A stretch of 63,393 nucleotides of DNA, counting the filler, from Craspedostauros australis (lineage: Eukaryota), in assembly GCA_030167865.1 (NCBI GenBank). It is 21 parts of 21 records of this genome, joined end to end, with 100 filler letters (N's around TTAATTAATTAA, not from the genome) between each part and the next. Parts side by side here need not be neighbours in the genome. Positions count along the whole stretch, not along the records: positions 1 to 1,278 come from JALAGF010000260.1; positions 1,379 to 3,453 come from JALAGF010000262.1; positions 3,554 to 5,592 come from JALAGF010000263.1; positions 5,693 to 6,760 come from JALAGF010000264.1; positions 6,861 to 9,479 come from JALAGF010000265.1; positions 9,580 to 11,104 come from JALAGF010000266.1; positions 11,205 to 14,826 come from JALAGF010000267.1; 14 more parts are not named here. One strand, given 5' to 3'. The translations under genes were made by a program, and so were the position numbers. The notes beneath the pieces are model-generated. The model ran no database searches. It saw only the letters and a program-made list of their open reading frames with translations, and was not told the DNA's origin. This document shows, piece after piece, positions 1 through 11,526 of the stretch. Position 1 is the stretch's first letter; every line of letters starts with the position of its first letter.

Positions 1-1278
1 AACCCCAACAATGGTATGTGTCCTCGACTCACCTGCCTCCTTCACCCTTGAAGACTCAATGAGGCATTTCGAAGCGTACCACGAGAAGTGGGACAACTAC
101 GACGTCCAAAACAACTGGGCAGCCGCCGCGTTCTTCCGCGACAGCCTTGACCCAGTTCTCGAAGATCAGCTCATGAACCAAATCGAAAGGAAGTATCATA
201 ACCACTTCCTAACCCTCTTCATCGAACTCATGAATAGCATCACCGCCAACTCGTTGGACGAGCAAGACAAGATCGCTAAGGACATCCGTCAAGTCGACTG
301 CTCTCAGTTCGCTGGTGAGAACGTCGGCGAAATGGCTATCAAGCTTCGCGCCCTCTGCAAGAGCCTCGATGACGCTGGTCGATTTGACCTCCATCTGCTC
401 CGCAACATCCTCGACGCCTTCCTGCAGGCAGGTGGCAAGTTCCTCTCCGGTGAACAATACCGACGTCCCCTTTATGTGATGAAGGATGACCTTGAAGAAA
501 TTTTCAAGCGTCTCTCCATATTCACGTACCAAGAAGCGCTTCCAAAGCTCGCAGCCAAGGAACTCACCTGGATGGCAATCTGCAACAAAGCGCAGGCTTC
601 GTACGACAACGAAGTACGAGGAGATCGTTGGCACGCCATTAGACGCGTCAAGGACCGCAACGTCCCCAGGCAATCGTACTTCAACAACGTAGCCAAGTAT
701 CCAAAGGCAAACATCCTCGAGCAACACAAGGGTTTCGGAAAGAACAACGCGAAGAAGAAGAATCAACCAAGGAAGCCCAACAACAACAACAACAATCGAA
801 AACCGAACCAAGGTTGGGCATCCACGCCACCCAAAGCGGGTGAACCACAACGCAAGCTCGTCTATGACAAGACGTTCATGTGGTGCGCGAAGTGTCGTCG
901 TTGGCGCCTTTCGCATAACACCGAAAGTCATCAAGACAACTTCAAGCCGAAAGGCAAAGGCAACAACAACGCCAAGCCTGACCATCTCGTCGTCGACATG
1001 GCTGCTTGGACCTGCTTAACAGCTGCTACCAGCCAAGACGAGAAAGAATGGTGGTCGTTTGTGTGGAACCTCTTCACCTCCTTCAACTACCTCAGCTGTG
1101 TAGTCGGATCAATCCTTTCTTTCGTGAGCATCCAAGTCTACACTCTCGGAGTTGAGCATGGGTGGTATGTCACGGCAACTAACGCCTGGATGACAATTGC
1201 CACCACGCTGCTCCTCCTTCACTCAAACGTTCCACGAAGACACAGCCCAGTCAGAACAGCCGACACCATCCAAACAAT
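1..1278 (+). mobile_element. Ty1/Copia (CoDi-I-like) retrotransposon gag, partial
   Basis: Open frame from 11 to the gap. Basic/Asn-rich linker followed by WCAKCRRWRLSHNTESH (CxxC..H..H zinc motif typical of diatom CoDi Gag), then a hydrophobic segment. Confidence 0.75.
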
Positions 1279-1378
1279 NNNNNNNNNNNNNNNNNNNNNN
1301 NNNNNNNNNNNNNNNNNNNNNNTTAATTAATTAANNNNNNNNNNNNNNNNNNNNNNNNNNNNNNNNNNNNNNNNNNNN
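1279..1378. other. Artificial contig linker (N44-TTAATTAATTAA-N44). It recurs starting at 3454, 5593, 6761, 9480, 11105, 14827, 16851, 34976, 39901, 43600, 46419, 48235, 50383, 52804, 54261, 55661, 56934, 59381 and 62100
   Basis: The same 100-bp structure occurs 20 times. TTAATTAATTAA puts stop codons in all six frames, as in a pseudomolecule spacer. Confidence 0.98.
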
Positions 1379-3331
1379 CACCGTGGAATTGGCAAGGCGC
1401 CAGGTCTGGCCCTTGTAGACCAGTTGAGGAGTATCGTCAGACGAAGAGGTGGACTTGGTCTGAGCAAGAAGGCGATCGATGGCAGTGGACTGGTCACCAG
1501 CCTTGGAAGAGTCCGTGTTGCCAGCAGGTGGAGTTGCGGAAGGAGTGTCGGTGGTGCCCGAAGATGTGGCAGCGTTGTTGGCAGCTCGGTGGGAGTCCGC
1601 CTTGCCTTTGCCCTTGTTCTTGCGCCACTTGCCCTTTGCCTCAAGGAAAGCCTTACGCTGATCCTTGGACATCTCACGCCATTCGTCGTTGGGAATGGAA
1701 CGGCGGTCGTCCTTGGCATAGTCCTTGCCATTGCCNNNNNNNNNNNNNNNNNNNNNNNNNNNNNNNNNNNNNNNNNNNNNNNNNNNNNNNNNNNNNNNNN
1801 NNNNNNNNNNNNNNNNNNNNNNNNNNNNNNNNNNNNNNNNNNNNNNNNNNAAGGAGACACCAACCTTGATGAAGCCGCGAGATTGCTTGTGACGTTGGCG
1901 GGAGTTGGACTTGACGTTGGTGTAGGCCCGAGTCAGGTCGACATCAGGACCGATGGCGGTGCGCAGCCATTGCTGCTTGACTGCCTCGTCAACGCATGCA
2001 TCATCGAGTTCCTCGATGTCGTCGAGCTTGGTTTCCCAAGCATCGAGGAATTGCTCGCGGGTCTTGGTCCAAGTCTGGTCCAGACGGAAGGCGACGATGG
2101 TGTCTCTGTATTTGATGGACAGAGTCTCGCCGACGACGCCACTGGTGTAGCTGTCAACGAGATCGGCATAGGCCGCACGGCCATCGCAAGACTTCTTGTA
2201 GGCACGGATGATGCGCCGACTCTTGGAAGTCTTGACATGCTCAGTGAGCACGGCGAAGAGGTAGCGATTCTGGCTNNNNNNNNNNNNNNNNNNNNNNNNN
2301 NNNNNNNNNNNNNNNNNNNNNAGATGGTGGTTGAGTCCATGAGAGAAGGAAAGAGTCTCGAAGGTCCGCATGAAGGTGAGGAAGTGCTTGTCGTCCTTCA
2401 GTGTTGGGAGCGACAGGCTCTCCCGCTTGGTTGCCTTGCTGAACTCCTTGACGTAGTCAGCCGGTAGCTCCATGGCATGGACACCTTGGAAGTTGGAAGG
2501 GGGTGCCATGGATGGAGTCACAGGTGGTTGCGGGAAGGCAGGATCAGGCACCGAAGCCGAAGGATCGAATCCGAAGTTCACATGCGGAGGTTCTTCGGCC
2601 ACAGGACGGAATGCGGATGCCGGAGTGGTGTGGTTGTCCATGCCCATGCCCATGCCAATTGGAGATGGCACAGGTGTGCTTGCAGTCGAATGCGAGCGCG
2701 AAGAAGGAAGAGAAGGGTTGGTCTGCTCAGCCGTGAACGCCATGAAGGTAGCGCGATCAAGTTCGTTCCAGGTATCGTCATCCAGAATGGACTGGGTGAG
2801 GTACCACTTGCCGAGGTTCAGGATCTTGCGGATGTGGTTGATGCCGAGGGATGCGGTGAAAGGCTCGCCATCATNNNNNNNNNNNNNNNNNNNNNNNNNN
2901 NNNNNNNNNNNNNNNNNNNNNNNNNNNNNNNNNNNNNNNCTGATGATGTCCTCATGAGCGATGATATCGCGAGGAGTTGAGTCGGAAGGGATGCCGATGA
3001 CACCGAGGATGTGATCCAAGGTGGCGAGGTCCATCTCAGCAGTCGTCATGATGAGCGATGGATGGATGGAGAGAGTGGATGCGGATGCTGGAGTCTGGAG
3101 GATAGCTGAGGCTGGGGTGCACTGACTGAATCGTCTTCTGGTGCGGGAGGGTGCTGCAGGAAGTCTTGGATGGCTGAGTGGGAAGGCCCNNNNNNNNNNN
3201 NNNNNNNNNNNNNNNNNNNNNNNNNNNNNNNNNNNNNNNNNNNNNNNNNNNNNNNNNNNNNNNNNNNNNNNNNNNNNNNNNNNNNNNNNGCTCGTGGATG
3301 GACGAGGGATGAAGGATGGATGGATTGTCAC
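1379..3331 (-). mobile_element. Ty1/Copia (CoDi-II-like) gag, partial, with internal N gaps
   Basis: Long frame containing LPTLKDDKHFLTFMRTF, QNRYLFAVLTEHVKT..RRIIRAY..CDGRAAYADL and IPNDEWREMSKDQR, a pattern of diatom Copia Gag. Probable start MTTAEMDL near 3049. Confidence 0.75.
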
Positions 3332-3769
3332 GCAATCAATTCAGTAGGTGAAAGCTTGCGACTGTTAATCTGTGAGAACGAAATCAGGGATGGGATTCCG
3401 CACCGAAACGTAGAGTGATCAGATCGTTGTTGGGGTGAGGATGAGTGTTGTTANNNNNNNNNNNNNNNNNNNNNNNNNNNNNNNNNNNNNNNNNNNNTTA
3501 ATTAATTAANNNNNNNNNNNNNNNNNNNNNNNNNNNNNNNNNNNNNNNNNNNNTTCTCCTGTGCGAAACAGTTCGTTGGGCGTAATAGAAACCGTGCTCA
3601 TGACCATCCGGACTGATGTCCAGAATCAATGACTATTGTTGTATCTCTCTATGATCGATGTACTAATTAAAGAGTCAAGTAAATATCAAATGCCATTGCG
3701 ACTGTCTTTGTGACCTCATTCACGAATTCGATTTCCAAGCCTCAAGAAATGGGCTAGTCGTGATAATTC

Positions 3770-3889
3770 TCATTAATGAGTTTCTCATTCTCATTTTTGT
3801 TCTACAAAAGTGCGCTGGGTGCGATTGTTTTCATTAATGAGTTTCTCATTCTCATTTTTTTCATGGAAGTGCGCTGGGCCCAATATGAT
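3770..3889. repeat. Imperfect direct tandem duplication of about 60 bp containing the palindrome CTCATTAATGAG
   Basis: tcattaatgagtttctcattctcattttt...aagtgcgctggg occurs twice in tandem. Confidence 0.9.
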
Positions 3890-4201
3890 GTCATTTTGTG
3901 GTTTCGGGGCATCGGTCACGGGACTCGTAATCCGCCTCTGCGTCAAGCACAGAGAGTGATCGACGTCGTGTGTGATGTGGAACCAGGACACAGCTTCACC
4001 AGTTTCTCACTAGCGAGTGCTCTCGGCATTTCTCAATTTAGCGATCTCTCACCTGTTGCAACGTACGCGTGACTATCGTTGACACAACAGAGCTTGGATT
4101 GTTCCCTTCTGTCTACCAGATGGACAACAGAGCTGGATTGCCTGCAGTGCAACTTGGTCGTACTTCATGTCAACAGCACAAGAATCAGCCCACAAAAAAC
4201 A

Positions 4202-5592
4202 TACTTGTGAGCCGGTTGAGCGACGGGACCTGCAGTCGGTCCTGGGGCGGTGGCAACAAAACGGTTATTGTCACCAAAACACTCACAAATTATTCAACGA
4301 GATAAACAATAATAAGTAAAATGGACGCATAGTTTGCTCTAAGACCGTATGTAATTTTTATGGACCTTTGTACATTTACGGTCCATTTGGTCGAATATGA
4401 ACGCTGTTCCGTGATGATCGGAGGGTATGTATTAGTTTTTCCGATGCAAACAACACATTGTGCGCAGACACGTTCGGGAAAAAGATTTTTTGACGGGTTG
4501 CGGACAGAATTTGGAAAACCATCGTTGTCATCGTTTGACCTGTTCGAACACATTTACCTAGCGAGTAACCGTTATTCCACGTTAACCTTCAACTTCAAAT
4601 TTGACCCCGTCACATGTTGCAAATCTCCTCACATTTCGGCACAGAAGCAACCTTTGGTTCTCTTCGGTGGTGTGCTGTGCTTGTTGCATGTTCACGCAGT
4701 GTTTGTATCATCACCTTCTTGCCCTCCAACTGCTCAGTTCACTCCCATCACTAGTGGTCGTCTCCATCAACCCTTCAGTATCAATCAGCATCATGCTCGT
4801 CTCTACCTCGAAAGCTGCGTCCAAGGACGCCAATCCTCCCCCCTCCAAGAAGCAACGTTTGCCATCCTCTCGATCCATGCGCTCCTTTCCATCCGATCCA
4901 ATTGATTTCAAAGAACTGTTCGCACCATCTATTGTTGAGAAGTTGTTGCCTCCATTGGATATGGATGGTAAGCAGCACAATCGTAATTCTGCAACAGACA
5001 AGCTCCTCCCTCCTGTGCTCGAAGGCGTGACGTTCGACAACGAGTTCGACGTTGAAATCCTAACCAACAATGAACGGAATCGCACACTCCAGAAATAACA
5101 CAACCAACACAATGAACATAACAATTACCAAACTACCGACGAACGTAAACAACACTGATGCAGGAATCGTGCCTCCACAACAGACAACAGCAGAAGAGGA
5201 GGAAATCGCGCTGCAACGAGAAGAAACGAAGCATCCGAGCAAATTGTGCAACACACAAATGATGAAGGAAAATACGGAATCTCCGGAGTTGGTGGAACAA
5301 AATGTGAGGACACATTGCTGCAACGAGTCAGAGCCGCAATGGGGGGGGGGGAGCTCAACAAATAGATTCGCGTTGGGGTTGACATCAACGATCTTGTTAT
5401 TCGCGATATCGACCACGGTACGAACACACCACGTCTGGCCGTAGTACGCTAGATTTGTATAGATGAACGTAAAATTGAAGAGTCCAAAAAACTGAAAATA
5501 AGGACTTAGAGCAAAATTAATGTCGGCTAAGCATCTTATAATTGTATCTAGTTTATTATGATGTAAGTGGTTTGGTGAAATATCTGTATATT
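4202..5592. mobile_element. Putative non-autonomous DNA element with long imperfect inverted repeats (family C), right end truncated by the gap
   Basis: 4272-4403 (caccaaaacactcacaaat...tttgctctaagaccgtatg...tttatggacc) aligns by eye to the reverse complement of 5447-5580 (caccaaaccacttacatc...tttgctctaagtccttatt...ttttggact). The left boundary is inferred. Confidence 0.55.
4793..5098 (+). CDS. Hypothetical small protein or gene fragment inside the family C inverted repeats
   Basis: MLVSTSK...PPPSKKQRL (NLS-like) with an internal repeat EKLLPPL/DKLLPPV. An overlapping ORF continues to 5444. Confidence 0.3.
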   Translation: MLVSTSKAASKDANPPPSKKQRLPSSRSMRSFPSDPIDFKELFAPSIVEKLLPPLDMDGKQHNRNSATDKLLPPVLEGVTFDNEFDVEILTNNERNRTLQK

Positions 5593-5692
5593 NNNNNNNN
5601 NNNNNNNNNNNNNNNNNNNNNNNNNNNNNNNNNNNNTTAATTAATTAANNNNNNNNNNNNNNNNNNNNNNNNNNNNNNNNNNNNNNNNNNNN

Positions 5693-6575
5693 ACTAATAC
5701 ATACCCTCCGATCATCACGGAACAGCGTTCATATTCGACCAAATGGACCGTAAATGTACAAAGGTCCATAAAAATTACATACGGTCTTAGAGCAAACTAT
5801 GCGTCCATTTTACTTATTATTGTTTATCTCGTTGAATAATTTGTGAGTGTTTTGGTGACAATAACCGTTTTGTTGCCACCGCCCCAGGACCGACTGCAGG
5901 TCCCGTCGCTCAACCGGCTCACAAGTATGTTTTTTGTGGGCTGATTCTTGTGCTGTTGACATGAAGTACGACCAAGTTGCACTGCAGGCAATCCAGCTCT
6001 GTTGTCCATCTGGTAGACAGAAGGGAACAATCCAAGCTCTGTTGTGTCAACGATAGTCACGCGTACGTTGCAACAGGTGAGAGATCGCTAAATTGAGAAA
6101 TGCCGAGAGCACTCGCTAGTGAGAAACTGGTGAAGCTGTGTCCTGGTTCCACATCACACACGACGTCGATCACTCTCTGTGCTTGACGCAGAGGCGGATT
6201 ACGAGTCCCGTGACCGATGCCCCGAAACCACAAAATGACATCATATTGGGCCCAGCGCACTTCCATGAAAAAAATGAGAATGAGAAACTCATTAATGAAA
6301 ACAATCGCACCCAGCGCACTTTTGTAGAACAAAAATGAGAATGAGAAACTCATTAATGAGAATTATCACGACTAGCCCATTTCTTGAGGCTTGGAAATCG
6401 AATTCGTGAATGAGGTCACAAAGACAGTCGCAATGGCATTTGATATTTACTTGACTCTTTAATTAGTACATCGATCATAGAGAGATACAACAATAGTCAT
6501 TGATTCTGGACATCAGTCCGGATGGTCATGAGCACGGTTTCTATTACGCCCAACGAACTGTTTCGCACAGGAGAA
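5693..6575 (-). repeat. 883-bp reverse-complement duplicate of 3554-4436
   Basis: End points and translated ORFs match (for example 4069..4305 + equals 5824..6060 -). Confidence 0.97.
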
Positions 6576-6760
6576 AGAAAATAAAGGTCGAGTTAGTCGG
6601 ACATCGACCAATTTCTGGATTTGCCGGGTGTCCCTGGCGAAGCAATCCAGCAAGTGCAATGATCAAGAATGATTTTGAGATTGGCGGCATATTCCATGAG
6701 AAGGATGTATCTGTGGACGAGGCGTGGGTGCACTATCGTGCATTGCATCAATTCAGAGTC
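6500..6760 (+). CDS. N-terminal fragment of a hypothetical protein, possibly transposon-associated
   Basis: Frame open to the gap. WRSNPASAMIKNDF..G.....EAWVHYR...F resembles a repetitive diatom hypothetical family (recalled, not verified). Confidence 0.3.
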
Positions 6761-6860
6761 NNNNNNNNNNNNNNNNNNNNNNNNNNNNNNNNNNNNNNNN
6801 NNNNTTAATTAATTAANNNNNNNNNNNNNNNNNNNNNNNNNNNNNNNNNNNNNNNNNNNN

Positions 6861-7605
6861 TCGCGGTGACGGCGATGTGCTTGGATTTGTCATTGGACCG
6901 CTGGTTGGTGCGGCGCAGTGATTGCCGTTGGACGGCCATTGTGGTGTTTTTTGGTGTTCCGCCATTGTCATGTTGTTGTTTTTTGGAGTCTGGCACTCTC
7001 AACCAGTCGGACATACTGGGGGATAAGGTAATTNNNNNNNNNNNNNNNNNNNNNNNNNNNNNNNCATGACACAAAACACTTCCGGAGTACCAATGCAACT
7101 CGACCATTCCGTCACGAAGAAACGTCGCAGATGCTGCTTCACATCGTGCTGTGATTGGTGGTTCATGACGCAGCAGCCAGTCTGGTGACGTAGATGACGG
7201 ATCAGACAAGCACAGGGTAGAATGAATGTAAACGCGCACTCGCCGCTTCTCCCAAAACTATACAACTAGTGCTATCGTGGAGGGACTGTTGGATGGTCTG
7301 ATCGGAACACCTCAAAAAGAGACTAAACAATTCAAAATGGGAACAACGTCGCTGAAACGAAGAACAGCAAAGGGTTAANTTNGATCGATGTAGTCGTAGG
7401 CGAAAGGCTGAAACCCGAGAGAGATCGAAAATTGCGCATATCCATCGGTCCGTAAAACTTAAAATAGGATCTAACTNAAAAATGTAATGGTTAATTATTT
7501 GTATTAGACCTACAAGGATTACGAATATGTGGTTGGTTAGTATGTAGGAGAGAAAATTTCTGGAGGTCCGTTTCAAACGAGTGGTCGACTCACTCGGGGG
7601 GCTCC
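6861..7605. mobile_element. DNA-element end (family B) with subterminal hairpin, followed by TA
   Basis: Ends ...CGAGTG-gtcgact-CACTCG ggggggctcc|TA. AT-rich with scattered Ns. A homologous inverted copy lies at 32336-32510. Confidence 0.65.
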
Positions 7606-8017
7606 TACAATGCATGGTCTTCTCTCTGCTTTCTTCGCTGAGCGCGTTTCCATCCGCGCTTGGTCGTCAACGGGACCAATCGTTGGCGCCATTTTTGGGT
7701 CTTTGGAGACCTTACCCGTGAATGAATTGTTCCGACTCGTGAATGGATCACAAAAAGACAAAAGGCTTCGCAAGGAACGATGTGTTTCCCACAAAGACCA
7801 CGATGTCTGTTGACCATTCCTGTGCCACATCAACATCCACATCCACAAGTGTTTGTGGGCTTCATCTTCTTCAGTCGCAACAAGTAGTCGTACTCTGTGG
7901 ACATTCTGGCTCTCTAGATCCAAGAGACGAGTCGGACAGCAATCTCAATGCTCAAGACTATTCAGAACAGAAAGCAGCACAGTTTGGAGCAATACGATAT
8001 ATCGACACCACATTGAG

Positions 8018-9373
8018 ATGAAACGAACATTGATCGACAACTCTGATGGGGCGCCAGCAACGCCAAAGCCACCCAGGTTTTCCAGGAGCGTGGCTGTGCT
8101 TTGTTTGGTTGTCGGCCTTGTCATCACAAATCTGGTGTCACAGAATCAGAACCTGCACAGGTTCACCTTGACATCTCCGACCGACAAGTTGGCGATGAAC
8201 ATCGAATCAACAGAACCTCCATCGGGAGCACCATCAGGGTCACCATCGACATCTATCATCGAGATGGATGAAGCTACAAGGCAGTATCATGTCTATCGCA
8301 CGGCATCGATGCAAGATCGCAAGTCGAAGTGCATGATCAGCTCTTATGGAAAGGACGGATTCGGTCATCAACTGGAGGCCAAGCTGTCCTGCATGATGGC
8401 TGCCGCTATGCTGAATCTCACCTACGTGCATCTTCCGATGTCGCAGATGCAGCACGGAACAAATCCCAGGGAGATGGAAGCATTCTTCAGGTTGAATGGC
8501 ACGGTGGAGGCGACGGGAGGATTGCTCTTCGATGACCTCACCATGAAAATCGAGCGCAGAGATCCACTCCCAAGCGTCGGCAGATGCAGAAGAGCCAGCT
8601 GGTTCGACGAGGACACACGGACGAAAGCGTGCGATGGTGCTTCCTCTTTTGAACGCAAACCGATTCCGGTGTTTACCGCCGACAATTGCTGGGACTTTGT
8701 GTACTGCGTGGTTGCCAAAGACAACGAGGAGAGCAGGCGGATGGAGGACATGTGGTACAATGGCATAAGCCCGATCGTAGAACCTGGCATCAGGTCACAA
8801 CCGAATGCAACATCGATGCGAGATAGTGGATCGAATTCGGTCCATCAAATCCGTGTCGTCGTGCATTACCGCCTGGGAGATGCGAGGAGGCGGATCCAAC
8901 CAGGCGAACTGTACAAGCAAATCATTCACAATCTTCAGCAGGCTGCCGAGCGGATGTCCAACCCGCCCGCTCTTCAGTTTGTGATCCACTCGGATGGCAA
9001 GGTGGACAAAGTTACGTCACGAATCGGTCTGACCGACAATGATCTCCAGCATGTGTCTGTGATGGGCCGAGACAGTAAGGCGACCGTCACAGATGCCATT
9101 GCTGACATGATTCAGTCCGACATCTTCATTGGTTCTACATCTTCTTTGTCGAACGCGGCTGCTTGGATGAGGCACGCACACCATCGCATCACAAACATCA
9201 TGCCGTTCAGTACTATCAAAGTCAGGCAAGGCGCTTTCGGGTGGACGATTGTGCGATTCGATGAGAACATGGGAAACCGCACAGTGAAAATGCTGAAACT
9301 GCCACACAATGATGCGGATCCCTGGTTGGCGATCCTTCAGGCTGCCATGGATAAACCGCATGCGTTAAGTTAA
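8018..9373 (+). CDS. Type II membrane glycosyltransferase-like protein (fucosyltransferase GT11/GT23-like motifs)
   Basis: N-terminal TM segment VAVLCLVVGLVITNLV. Motifs DGFGHQL, VVVHYRLGD, FVIHSDG and SDIFIGSTSSLS. Confidence 0.7.
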   Translation: MKRTLIDNSDGAPATPKPPRFSRSVAVLCLVVGLVITNLVSQNQNLHRFTLTSPTDKLAMNIESTEPPSGAPSGSPSTSIIEMDEATRQYHVYRTASMQDRKSKCMISSYGKDGFGHQLEAKLSCMMAAAMLNLTYVHLPMSQMQHGTNPREMEAFFRLNGTVEATGGLLFDDLTMKIERRDPLPSVGRCRRASWFDEDTRTKACDGASSFERKPIPVFTADNCWDFVYCVVAKDNEESRRMEDMWYNGISPIVEPGIRSQPNATSMRDSGSNSVHQIRVVVHYRLGDARRRIQPGELYKQIIHNLQQAAERMSNPPALQFVIHSDGKVDKVTSRIGLTDNDLQHVSVMGRDSKATVTDAIADMIQSDIFIGSTSSLSNAAAWMRHAHHRITNIMPFSTIKVRQGAFGWTIVRFDENMGNRTVKMLKLPHNDADPWLAILQAAMDKPHALS

Positions 9374-9579
9374 TCGTGATACAAGTATTGCATAGTCGTG
9401 GCGACAATACCGCCAATGCTGCTGCGTTCGTCGGGGGAGGGAGAATAGCGGTGTGGTACATGTACTCTCTGCACACTTGNNNNNNNNNNNNNNNNNNNNN
9501 NNNNNNNNNNNNNNNNNNNNNNNTTAATTAATTAANNNNNNNNNNNNNNNNNNNNNNNNNNNNNNNNNNNNNNNNNNNN

Positions 9580-11104
9580 GGATCGCGAAGCGACGCAAGA
9601 TCTTCAAGGTCGAGACTGTGGGGGATTGCTACGTAGCAGTAGCAGGTCTACCAACACCGCGCCCAGATCATGCGGTGATCATGGCGCGGTTCTCAAGAGA
9701 ATGCGTCGTTGCCATCCAAGAAGTCGTCTGCAAGCTGGAGCTGTTTCTGGGCCCCGGAACCGGCAACCTCGGCATGAGGTTCGGGCTGCACAGCGGACCA
9801 ACGACGGCAGGCGTCCTCCGCGGTGAGAAGGCGCGGTTCCAGCTGTTCGGCGACACTGTGAACACGGCCGCCAGGATCGAATCGACCGGTCTACCCAACC
9901 GCATCCAGCTCTCGCAGCAAACAGCTGATCAACTTGTGGCCAGGAACAAGGCGCATTGGGTGAAGCCACGCGAAGATGTCGTCTTTGCGAAGGGCAAAGG
10001 CGAGCTTCGAACATTCTGGCTTTGCGACAACGACGGTGACATCATCCAAGGACGGTCTACCATCACGGAATTGAACCAACATACCAGTGTTTCCAATGTC
10101 ACAACGAAGGAGCAGCAGGCCGACCTTCACAAGGCTCGTGCGAATGATCAGACCATTCAACGGCTGGTCGATTGGAACACGACGTTTCTGCTCAGGCTTT
10201 TGAAACAAGTCGTCGCAAGTCGAGATCCCCACCACAGCAACCAAAGCATCGGCAACATGGCTGAGTCTCGACTGGTCGAACTGGAGAGTACGGTTGGGCT
10301 GTCCGACACCGTACTGGACGAGATGATGCCCGTCGTGGAATTGCCAGACTTCGCGCACCGCCACAAGCACAGCGAATCGTCCCCCGTAGATCTTCCGATT
10401 GATACTGAGAAGCAAATGAAGGACTTCATCACACTGATCGCGGCATCTTACCGAGGTAATCCGTTTCACAACTTTGAGCACGCCAGTCATGTCGCCATGT
10501 CGGTGCACAAGCTGCTCTCCCGCATCGTCGCACCGAAGCGCCCAGACATCATTCATGAGATGGATGGGACGAATCAGGATGCGAGCTCGAGGCGAGGTGC
10601 CGAGGAACTGCACGATCACACATACGGCATCACTTCTGATCCACTGACTCAGTTTGCCGTCGTCCTCTCGGCCCTCATCCATGATGTCGACCATCGAGGC
10701 GTATCCAACGCACAGCTCATCGCTGAGGACGCCGAACTCGGGAAGACGTACAAGAACAAGAGCGTCGCGGAACAAAACTCCGTGGACGTCGCCTGGGGAA
10801 TGCTGATGGCCAATCGCTTCAAGGCGTTGCGACGATGCATCTACACCAACGGAGATGAGATGAGACGGTTCCGGCAGATCATCGTCAATTCCGTCCTCGC
10901 CACCGACATCTTCGACAAGGAACTGGGTGCACTGCGCAAGAATCGGTGGAATCTGGCATTCGCGAACGGAGGGGAACAAGCTGACAGTACTCGGATCAGC
11001 ACCAGCACGAGCACCAGCAGGAGCACCAGCAGCAGCAGTCTCATGGATATGACGGGGGCTATCCATTCCATTGACAGGAATCGCAAGGCGACGATCGTCA
11101 TCGA
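9580..11104 (+). CDS. Class III nucleotidyl (guanylate/adenylate) cyclase fused to a cyclic-nucleotide phosphodiesterase domain, internal fragment
   Basis: Cyclase motifs FKVETVGDCYVAVAG, RFGLHSGP, RFQLFGDTVNTAARIES and KGKG. PDE motifs PFHNFEHASHV, ALIHDVDH and LATDI. Confidence 0.93.
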
Positions 11105-11204
11105 NNNNNNNNNNNNNNNNNNNNNNNNNNNNNNNNNNNNNNNNNNNNTTAATTAATTAANNNNNNNNNNNNNNNNNNNNNNNNNNNNNNNNNNNNNNNN
11201 NNNN

Positions 11205-11526
11205 TGAAGGTAGGGCAGCATGGTGCCATCGAGAATTTTTTGCACCCACCACCTGACAGACAGCAAGCCAAAACGACATTAAAAATAAAGTTCATACAAA
11301 TTTAACTAAGATATTCAGAATAAACGATAGCCAAGCGTCCGAATGAACTGTCTAGTTTTAATTTTAAATGGTGCGTTGTTGAGATATAACATCATAAGCA
11401 GTTGTTTGGATGGTTTTNGGTGTGCTCTANTTTAGTCTACTTTATCACGACTCATCACGAGTAAAACTCAAAAAACACTCCACAACTAGTGTTATCGTGA
11501 GTGCATCAACTGCGACCTGGAGGTCG
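11205..11526. mobile_element. Element end, family A, copy 1 (322 bp, followed by TA)
   Basis: Identical apart from two Ns to 14927-15248 and 16951-17272. Ends in hairpin CGACCT-gg-AGGTCG, then TA, then unique flank. Confidence 0.9.

Noticed and set aside
1323..1334. Recurrent TTAATTAATTAA as a biological repeat, piggyBac site or array
   Set aside because: It is always centred in exactly 44+44 Ns, so it is an assembly spacer. ORFs ending in it have false stops.
3554..6575. Giant inverted repeat or hairpin formed by 3554-4436 and 5693-6575
   Set aside because: The two arms are on different contigs. Their orientation and proximity come from concatenation.
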